From an uncultured delta proteobacterium (lineage in GTDB: Bacteria > Desulfobacterota > Binatia > HRBIN30 > BPIQ01), in assembly GCA_963761335.1 (NCBI GenBank), contig CAVXGR010000011.1, positions 256,001-320,000 on the forward strand: a stretch of DNA of 64,000 nt, read 5' to 3'. The notes beneath the pieces are model-generated. The model was not told the DNA's origin, made no database searches, and worked only from the letters and a program-made list of their open reading frames with translations. Positions within the stretch are counted from its first letter, which is position 1, and every line of letters begins with the position of its first letter. The position numbers were made by a program, and so were the translations under genes. Below are positions 57,147 to 64,000 of this stretch, in pieces.

Positions 57147-57956
57147 TCACTCCCCGCGGCCGCGGCGCGCGTCGACTGCGGCGCGCGCCAGCCCTGGCAG
57201 GTCGGACATGATCCCGTCGATCCCGAGATCCAGGAGGCGGTCCATCTCGGCCGGGTCGTTGATCGTCCACACGTGCATCTCGACGCCGTGCGCATGCGCG
57301 GCACCCACGCTCGCCGCGGTCACCAGCTGCAGCCCGCCGAACTCGGGCGGGATCTGCAGAGCGCGCCCCGGCGGTCGATAGCCCTCCAGCTCGCCGCTCT
57401 GCAGGCGGCGGAAGAACTCGGCGACCTCGCCGGCCGCGAAACCGGTGGCAAAGCGCGCGCCGCCGGCGGCGCGGATCTGCGCCATGATCGCGTCGTGCTC
57501 CGCCGCCAGCAACACGCGCTCGGCGCATCCGGCATCGAGCAGCGCCCGCACCACGGCGGCGGCGATTGCCGGCTGCTCCTGCTTCACCTCGATGTTGAAG
57601 AGGGCGTCCGGAAAGCGCTCCAGAAGATCGCGCAGCGACGGCACCCGCGTCTGCCGGCCGCGAAACGGGAAATCGGTGCCGTTCGCGGTGAAGCGATAGC
57701 CGGCGTCGAGCCGCTGCACTTCGTCCCAGCGGCGTTCGCGGATCGGCCCCGCTCCGTCGGTGGTGCGCTCGAGTTCGGCATCGTGGATGACGGCGACGAT
57801 ACCGTCGCTGGTGGCGTGGACGTCGAGCTCGAGAACGTCGGCGCCGCAGTCGACGGCGCGCTCGAACGACGGCAGAGTGTTCTCCGGCGCCTCACCGGCG
57901 GCACCGCGATGGCCGAAGACGAGCGGTCGAGGGGATGCGAAGTAGGCCGTGGACAT
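57147..57956 (-). CDS. Glycerophosphodiester phosphodiesterase
   Basis: HRGA..APENT, ELDV, HD, NIEVK, WTIND, SDLP motifs. Confidence 0.93.
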   Translation of the reverse strand: MSTAYFASPRPLVFGHRGAAGEAPENTLPSFERAVDCGADVLELDVHATSDGIVAVIHDAELERTTDGAGPIRERRWDEVQRLDAGYRFTANGTDFPFRGRQTRVPSLRDLLERFPDALFNIEVKQEQPAIAAAVVRALLDAGCAERVLLAAEHDAIMAQIRAAGGARFATGFAAGEVAEFFRRLQSGELEGYRPPGRALQIPPEFGGLQLVTAASVGAAHAHGVEMHVWTINDPAEMDRLLDLGIDGIMSDLPGLARAAVDARRGRGE

Positions 57957-58076
57957 GCGGGGCTCAGCATACGCCGGCAGCGGCGCCAGGCCAACGCTCC
58001 CGCCGCAGACGCCACCAGCAGACGCCACCGTCCTTGACGGGGCGGCGGTGAAGCCGGTTTACTAGCGCCCCAGACG

Positions 58077-59114
58077 ATGGCCGGGCCCGTGAACACGCCG
58101 CCGAGGCGCGCCTCGATTCGATGGTTGCTGCTCGCCGTCGTCGCCGTGCTCGCCGCCGGCGGCATCGGCGGCACCCTGCTCTGGCGCCAAGCGACGGCGC
58201 CGGTGGTCCTGCCGGCGGAAGGCGTGCGCGTCCGCATCGAGTCCGGCTGGTCGATGCGCGAGGTGGCGCGGCGCCTGGAGCAGAGCGGCGTGGTGCACCG
58301 CGGCTGGGCGCTGCGCGCCCTGGCCCGCTGGTCGGGGGTCGATCGCGACATCCACGCCGGCGACTTCCACTTCTCCGGCACCATCGGGCTCGGCGAGGTG
58401 CTCGCTCGGCTGCGTGCGCCGGTGACCACCGATGGCCTGGTGACCATCCCCGAGGGCCGCTCCGCGGAGGAGGTGATGGAGCTGCTCGCCGCCGCGGGGC
58501 TCGGCGGCCGCGACGTATTCGAGTGCGTGGCGCGCTCGCCGGAGTGGCTGCGGGAGATGGACCTTCCCCGCACCGGTGTCGAGGGATATCTGTTTCCGGA
58601 TACCTATGCCTTCACCCGCGGCATGCCTCCCGGGGAGATCCTCCGCGCCATGGTCGAGCACTACCGCGAGCAGGCGGCCCGGCTGAGCGAAGACCGGGTG
58701 CGTATCGGTCTCTCCGAGCACGAGATGGTCACTCTGGCGTCGCTGATCGAGAAGGAGACCGGCTCGGCCGAGGAGCGACCGCTGATCTCCGCGGTCTTCC
58801 ACAACCGCCTGCGCCGCGGCATGCCGCTGCAGTCGGATCCCACCGCCGTCTACGGGCGCCACCACTTCCGCGGCCCGATCACGCGAGCCGATCTCGACCT
58901 GCCGTCGGCGTACAACACCTATCAGATCAACGGCCTGCCTCCCGGCCCGATCTGCAACCCCGGGCTGGCCTCACTCGAGGCCGCAGTGCACCCGGCGGCG
59001 GTGGACTACCTCTACTTCGTGTCGCGCAACGACGGCACGCACGAGTTCTCGGTCACCTTCGCAGAGCACGACCGCGCCGTGGGTCGCTACCAGCGGAGCC
59101 GCCACGGCACTTGA
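58077..59114 (+). CDS. mltG: Endolytic transglycosylase MltG
   Basis: EGYLFPDTY, ASLIEKE, LQSDPT, YNTY..GLPPGPI, YLYFV motifs. Confidence 0.96.
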   Translation: MAGPVNTPPRRASIRWLLLAVVAVLAAGGIGGTLLWRQATAPVVLPAEGVRVRIESGWSMREVARRLEQSGVVHRGWALRALARWSGVDRDIHAGDFHFSGTIGLGEVLARLRAPVTTDGLVTIPEGRSAEEVMELLAAAGLGGRDVFECVARSPEWLREMDLPRTGVEGYLFPDTYAFTRGMPPGEILRAMVEHYREQAARLSEDRVRIGLSEHEMVTLASLIEKETGSAEERPLISAVFHNRLRRGMPLQSDPTAVYGRHHFRGPITRADLDLPSAYNTYQINGLPPGPICNPGLASLEAAVHPAAVDYLYFVSRNDGTHEFSVTFAEHDRAVGRYQRSRHGT

Positions 59115-59167
59115 CCCCGGCGGAGAAAGACGTGAGGATCGCCCCCCGACGCGATGGAGAAAGGACG

Positions 59168-59341
59168 ATGGGCGAGGCACTGAAACCCTGTTGCGAGGAA
59201 CTGCGGGAGAGCTTTCGGCGGCGCGCCGAAGCGACGGTCACCAGCTATCCGGTGATCAAGGACCTTCCCTGTCCGGTGTGCAAGCAAATCGTGCCGGTGC
59301 GCATCTACCGACGCCCCGGCACAGAGGGGGAAGCCGCCTGA
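59168..59341 (+). CDS. 57-aa putative zinc-binding microprotein (CC...CPVC)
   Basis: AAGGA RBS; four Cys; appears in the track only as the tail of a spurious longer ORF. Confidence 0.65.
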   Translation: MGEALKPCCEELRESFRRRAEATVTSYPVIKDLPCPVCKQIVPVRIYRRPGTEGEAA

Positions 59342-59345
59342 GCCA

Positions 59346-59489
59346 TCAGCTGGAGAGCTTCGGGCGCTTGGTCGCCTGCGGCGACTTGCGCCCGGCGGCG
59401 ATCGCCGGCTTGCGCGTCAACGCCACCACCTTCAGCCAGCGCTTCTGTTCCTTCGACCATTTGCCCACTGCCAGCACTCGCATCATCAC
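59346..59489 (-). CDS. ~47-aa basic microprotein (MMRVLAVGKWSKEQKRWLKVV...)
   Basis: GGAGG RBS and a perfect sigma54 promoter upstream. Confidence 0.55.
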   Translation of the reverse strand: MMMRVLAVGKWSKEQKRWLKVVALTRKPAIAAGRKSPQATKRPKLSS

Positions 59490-59525
59490 CTGAGCCTCCA
59501 TCGAGAGATCTGTCTGGGTGGCATG

Positions 59526-59540
59526 GCAACGGACGTGCCA
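59526..59540 (-). promoter_or_regulatory. Sigma54 promoter TGGCACG-TCCG-TTGC
   Basis: Matches TGGCACG-N4-TTGC exactly. Confidence 0.75.
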
Positions 59541-59729
59541 TCGCTCCGGATCGGTCCCGCCAGCGGAATTTCCGTCCGCGGCGCCCCGTACCGGCACGAC
59601 AATTTGGTACGTTCGCATGCGATGGCGCACATCAACGTACTCTGCAGATGCGGCGAAGGGGCGCATCCGCCCGCCCGGGAAAACAGCTGTTGTCTTCCTG
59701 CCGGCGCTGGGTTATGTCTGGCCTTTCAC

Positions 59730-61604
59730 ATGCTTCGTCGCTTCCTGACAGGAGGGGTCGCCCTCGCCGTTTTGGCCTTGTTCGGCTCCGCCTCGGCGCT
59801 CGCCCAGGTCACCTCAGCCGACCAGGTCTGCGCCGCCGCCGCCGACCCCTGCGTGGTCTCCACCACTGTCCAGGTCGCCGACGGCGCCTCGCTGGACTTC
59901 GGCAACCGCACCCTCCAGATTCAGTCGAACGGCACGCTCGCGGTCGGCCCCGGAGTAATGACCCTGTCGATGGGCACCCTGCAGGTGAACAGCGGCGGCA
60001 AGATCACCGCCATCGACTCGGCGAGTGGCGGCATCATCAACATCGACGCCACCGGAGGCGTAAACATCAGCGGCACCATCGACGCCTCGGGAGACGTCGC
60101 CGGCTCGGTCGCCATCTCCGCCGCCGGCAGCTTCCAGCTGACCAGCGGTACCATCCGCGCCAAGGGCGATGTCGGCGAAATCGATATCGATGCGGCCGAC
60201 GCGAGCATTCTCGGCAACATCGATGCCTCCGGCGCCTCGGAGCAGACGGGCGGAGACATCACCATCACGGTCGCCGGCCCGGTGACCGTGGCCCAGACAA
60301 TCACCGTGTCCAGCGGCACCGATGCCGACGCCGGCGACCTCGAGATCGACAGTGGCAGCAACGTCCTCCTGAACAGCAGTGCCCGTCTGAACGCCGACGG
60401 CAGCGGCTTCGGTTTTGGCGGCAACATTACCTTGAGCGCTGGCGATCCGACTCTCGGCGACGGCAGCGGCAACGGCGCGCTCACTCTCGATTCCGGCTCC
60501 GCATTCGTGATCTCTGCGAACGGTGGCAGCAGCGCCGACGGCGCTGGCGACGGCGGCACCTTCGACATCAGCGTCGGAACGGCCTGCACCTTCAGCAGCA
60601 AGATGAGCGCCAACAGTGGATCCCCGGACGGCAGCGGCGGCGGTATCGACATCAGCTGTGGCGAGAGCGGCATCGGCTCACTGACTGTCAAGAACCAGAT
60701 TGCGGCCCGCGGCATCGGCTCGGATTCGTCCGGAGGCGAGGTCGATCTCGCCGGCACCGACGGCGTCTCCATTCCGTCGCCCGGCCAGATCGACGTCACC
60801 GGGGGATCTGGTGGCGGCGGATCGGCGGGCGTCTCGGCCACCGGCAACATCACCATCGCCGACCGCATCAACGCCAGCAGCATCAGCGACGGTCCGGGAG
60901 GCTCCATTGACATCTTCACCACCAGTCCGACCACGGCCGATCTGACCTTGCTGGCGAGCGGTCGGCTCAATGCCGACGGCAACGGCGCCGGCTCGTCCGG
61001 CGGTGACATTTCCATGTTCGGTTGCAAGGTGATCGAAAACTCCGGGGCGCAGACCACCGTTAGCGGCGACCTCGGCTCGATCTCGGTGACCGGGGTGAAC
61101 CAGGTCGACATCTCCGGAACCCTGCTGGCGGATAGCAACACCGGATCGATCGAGTTCTTCTTCCGCGACTCCCTTCCTTTCATCCAGGCGACGGCATCCG
61201 TGCAGCCGCCGGCGACACAACACTTCAACTTCAGCCTTCCGGGTTGTGGCACACCGGCACCGGTCTACACCTTGACGGTCACCCCGACCGAGAAGGTCAC
61301 CGAGACGCCGACACCGACGCGAACGATGGCGGTGCGCAATACGCCCACGCCGACGCCGAGCCGGACGCCGACGCACACCATTCCACCGACGATCACTCCG
61401 ACGCCCACACAGGCGCGACCGTCGCCGACGCCGACCATCTCGCCGACACCGCAGATGTGCAGCGGCGTGCTGGGACCGGAAGACGTGATCCGCACCATCT
61501 TCGACCGAACCGGATTCCTGTGCATGGATGCCGACGTCAACGGCGACGGCGCCGTCAACGCCGCCGACCTCACGGCACTCGTCCAGTCCCTGGCCGGCAG
61601 CTGA
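59730..61604 (+). CDS. Secreted Gly/Ser-rich beta-helical protein with Pro/Thr linker and C-terminal dockerin-like motif
   Basis: Signal peptide ALA-Q; repeated 'GG.I.I' units; (TP)n linker; DADVNGDGAVNAADL. Confidence 0.85.
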   Translation: MLRRFLTGGVALAVLALFGSASALAQVTSADQVCAAAADPCVVSTTVQVADGASLDFGNRTLQIQSNGTLAVGPGVMTLSMGTLQVNSGGKITAIDSASGGIINIDATGGVNISGTIDASGDVAGSVAISAAGSFQLTSGTIRAKGDVGEIDIDAADASILGNIDASGASEQTGGDITITVAGPVTVAQTITVSSGTDADAGDLEIDSGSNVLLNSSARLNADGSGFGFGGNITLSAGDPTLGDGSGNGALTLDSGSAFVISANGGSSADGAGDGGTFDISVGTACTFSSKMSANSGSPDGSGGGIDISCGESGIGSLTVKNQIAARGIGSDSSGGEVDLAGTDGVSIPSPGQIDVTGGSGGGGSAGVSATGNITIADRINASSISDGPGGSIDIFTTSPTTADLTLLASGRLNADGNGAGSSGGDISMFGCKVIENSGAQTTVSGDLGSISVTGVNQVDISGTLLADSNTGSIEFFFRDSLPFIQATASVQPPATQHFNFSLPGCGTPAPVYTLTVTPTEKVTETPTPTRTMAVRNTPTPTPSRTPTHTIPPTITPTPTQARPSPTPTISPTPQMCSGVLGPEDVIRTIFDRTGFLCMDADVNGDGAVNAADLTALVQSLAGS

Positions 61605-61640
61605 ACCGCCGCGGCGCGCGTCTGCCCGGCGTCCGCGGTC

Positions 61641-62513
61641 TCACTCGCCGAGGAAGGCTCGGACCTCCTCGAGAAATCTGTCGAGCTGGTCATGGTGGAC
61701 CCAGTGACCGGCCTTCTCGATATTGACCAGCCGATAGTTGCGAAAAGCGGAGGCGCGGCCGTCCTCCTCGGGATCCGATGCCCACGACTCGGTGCCGCGG
61801 ATCAGCAGCGTCGGGCAGGTGATCTCACTCCACAGCGCCCGCGCCTCGCGCATGTTGAAGAGATAGGGCGAGGCGGCGCGCACGTAGTTGTCGAACTTCC
61901 AGGTGTAGGTGCCGTCCTCGTTGCGGTTCACCCCGTGAACGGTGAGGTGGTAGGCCTGCGCCGGGGTCAGACGGGGATTGGCTTCACGCATGCGGGCCAC
62001 GGCCTCCTCGAGGCTGGAGTAGCGGCGCGGATGGCGGGTGGCCAGCGCCTGCATCTCGGCGATCCACTGCTGCATACGGACCTGGGCCGGCGTCTCGCGC
62101 AGGAGATACGGCGGCGGGCCGAGGCCCTCGATGGCCACCACCCGCGACACCCGCTCGGGGAAGGTACCGGCGTACTGGAGGGCCACCGAGCCGCCGAGAG
62201 AATGGCCGACGATGGTGATCGGAAACACCTGCAGGGCATCGAGCAGCTGCGCCACGTCGAGCGTGTAGTCGATGAGGGCGTAGGAGCCGCCGCAAGCCCA
62301 CTGCGAGTCGCCATGACCGCGCAGGTCGGGGGCGATGAGGTGCCAGTCCCGCCGGAGCTCACGCGCCACCCAGTCCCAGTTGCGGCAGTGGTCCCGCCCT
62401 CCGTGGACGAGCAGCAGCGGCGGCTTCTGCGGATTCCCCCAGTCGACGTAGTGCAGCTTCAGGCGTTGCGAGTAGTAGTAGTGCGAGGTCGGGCCGATCA
62501 GCTCGATTGACAT
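61641..62513 (-). CDS. Alpha/beta hydrolase
   Basis: VHGG, DLRGHGDS, GHSLGG, AGHWVH motifs. Confidence 0.92.
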   Translation of the reverse strand: MSIELIGPTSHYYYSQRLKLHYVDWGNPQKPPLLLVHGGRDHCRNWDWVARELRRDWHLIAPDLRGHGDSQWACGGSYALIDYTLDVAQLLDALQVFPITIVGHSLGGSVALQYAGTFPERVSRVVAIEGLGPPPYLLRETPAQVRMQQWIAEMQALATRHPRRYSSLEEAVARMREANPRLTPAQAYHLTVHGVNRNEDGTYTWKFDNYVRAASPYLFNMREARALWSEITCPTLLIRGTESWASDPEEDGRASAFRNYRLVNIEKAGHWVHHDQLDRFLEEVRAFLGE

Positions 62514-62601
62514 GCCGACAGCTTAGCGCGAGGGCTTCGCGGCGGCCACCAGCCCGCCCCTTCCAAACGACGGAAAAATCAATATACAAGGGTCCATCCG
62601 C

Positions 62602-63066
62602 ATGCGAGTCAGCGACACCCTCGACGCCTCGACCATCATCACCGGCGCCCAGTGGCCCGACTTCGACACCGTCGTCGAGAGGCTGGTCGCCTGCCTGGTC
62701 GAATCGGGCCGCCTGCCCGCCAGCCTGCAGGCACGGGCCGTCGCCGCCATCGGCGAGCGCGAGCGCATGGCCAGCACGGCGATGGTGGACATCGGCGTCA
62801 GCATTCCCCACACCCGCCTCGACGGCGTCCAGCGCATCATCAGTGCCCTGGCGCTGTCGCCGAAATCGATCTACGGCGCCAGGACCGGCACACCCATCTC
62901 CATCGTCGCCCTGGCGCTCTCGCCCCCGGCGCTCACCGGCGAGCACCTGAATCTGCTGTCGGCGTTCTCGCTCCTCCTGCATTCGGCGCCGGCGCGGCGC
63001 AGCCTACAGAATGCGGCGACCCCGGAAGCGGCGATGGAGCTGATCCGCGAGCACGAGCGCCGCTGA
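62602..63066 (+). CDS. PTS EIIA (Fru/Ntr-type) domain protein
   Basis: ERE..ST...GVSIPH motif with the phosphoacceptor His; HLNLLS. Confidence 0.88.
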   Translation: MRVSDTLDASTIITGAQWPDFDTVVERLVACLVESGRLPASLQARAVAAIGERERMASTAMVDIGVSIPHTRLDGVQRIISALALSPKSIYGARTGTPISIVALALSPPALTGEHLNLLSAFSLLLHSAPARRSLQNAATPEAAMELIREHERR

Positions 63067-63074
63067 GGGACGCC

Positions 63075-64000
63075 TCAGGCGGCGGCAGCCTCGGTGACCG
63101 CTGCGGGCAGATAGACGCGCACGCAGGTACCGCGGCCCGGCTCGCTCTCGATGCGCAGCGCTCCCTGGTGGGCCTGCACGATGTGCTTGACGATGGCCAG
63201 CCCCAGACCGGTGCCGCCGAGCTCGCGCGAGCGCGCCTTGTCGACCCGGTAGAACCTCTCCGTCAGCCGCGGGAGCTCGTGCTTGGGGATACCGATGCCG
63301 GTGTCGATCACGGCGATCTCGATCCAGGGTCGCTGCTGCACATCGCCGCCGATCCGCTCCTGGGCCGGTCCCGATGGACTGGCCAGCGCGGCGCGCACGG
63401 TGACGCTGCCGCCCGGTGAGGTGTACTTCACGGCGTTGTCGATGAGGTTGACGAGCACCTGCTCGACGCGGTCGGCGTCGGCGTAGAGCGACGGTAGATT
63501 CTCCGAGAGCTGCTTGGAGATGACCACCTGGCGCTGCTCCGCCTTCTCGCGCACCACGTCGATGGCGGCATCGACGGCCGGCCCGAGAGGCATGGGGGCG
63601 CGCTGCAGCTCGGTGCGGCCGAGCTCCAGGTCCGACAGGATGAGCAGGTCGTCGATCAAGCGGCCGAGGCGCTCCGAGTGCCGCTCGATGATGCCCACGA
63701 ACTTGCGCGCCAGGAGCGGGTCCTCGATGGCGCGCTCGCGCAGGGTCTCGGCGTATCCGCGAATTGCTGTCAGCGGCGTGCGCAGCTCGTGCGAGACGTT
63801 GGCGACGAAGTCGCGGCGCGTCACCTCCAGCCGCTTGAGCTCGGTAATGTCGTGGAAGACGAGGATGAAGAGCTGCGGCTCGTTCAGCTCGGGGATCGGC
63901 GTGGCCGTGACCTGTAGGGTCTCGCGCCCCTCGCCCTCCAGGGTCACCGTGCGAATGTGGCGCTCGCCGCGACCGCTCATCACGGCCCGCACCAGATCGC
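63075..64000 (-). CDS. phoR: PhoR-like sensor histidine kinase (5' part outside the window)
   Basis: RDFVANVSHELRTPLT, NLIDNAVKY, ERFYRVDKARSRELGGTGLGL motifs. Confidence 0.88.
   Translation of the reverse strand, partial: DLVRAVMSGRGERHIRTVTLEGEGRETLQVTATPIPELNEPQLFILVFHDITELKRLEVTRRDFVANVSHELRTPLTAIRGYAETLRERAIEDPLLARKFVGIIERHSERLGRLIDDLLILSDLELGRTELQRAPMPLGPAVDAAIDVVREKAEQRQVVISKQLSENLPSLYADADRVEQVLVNLIDNAVKYTSPGGSVTVRAALASPSGPAQERIGGDVQQRPWIEIAVIDTGIGIPKHELPRLTERFYRVDKARSRELGGTGLGLAIVKHIVQAHQGALRIESEPGRGTCVRVYLPAAVTEAAAA

Noticed and set aside
61270..61452. ACGCCG-rich low-complexity repeat
   Set aside because: Simply encodes the Pro/Thr linker of the secreted protein

Overview
GC-rich (roughly 70% by eye) bacterial chromosome segment. 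The Deltaproteobacteria-like gene order and the 'CVGDC' dockerin-like secreted proteins suggest Ca. Binatia/Desulfobacterota_B; this is an inference. From 0.5 to 18.5 kb it is a housekeeping block: polyferredoxin, hisG/hisI, lpxD, yceD-rpmF-fabD-fabG-acpP-nrdR-ribD-ribBA-ribH-nusB-leuS-lptE, rpsT, murJ, mazG, grxC and an ECF sigma. From 18.5 to 47 kb it is accessory: exosortase plus partner, ABC exporter with a hot-dog pair, RecQ, an SCP2/PhyH-like dioxygenase, an ECF/anti-sigma-cupin/VOC operon, amidase, an aminotransferase-kinase pair, secreted Cys-rich proteins, a sigma54-promoted di-heme protein, and two heavily frameshifted stretches (a two-component system and a CocE hydrolase). From 47 to 64 kb are Moco genes (including a MoaD-MoaE fusion), lipid catabolism genes, a 1314-aa GAF/coiled-coil/double pseudo-receiver protein, mltG, two unannotated microproteins, a beta-helical adhesin, PTS EIIA and a partial PhoR-like kinase. 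Intergenic spaces carry many palindromic REP/REPIN/MITE-like repeat families. I saw no rRNA, tRNA, CRISPR array, transposase or prophage. The best leads are the coiled-coil pseudo-receiver operon, a RibBA whose DHBP-synthase half appears catalytically dead, two near-perfect sigma54 promoters (one in front of a ~47-aa ORF), and the nested repeat families. All product calls come from motif recognition only; no searches were run.
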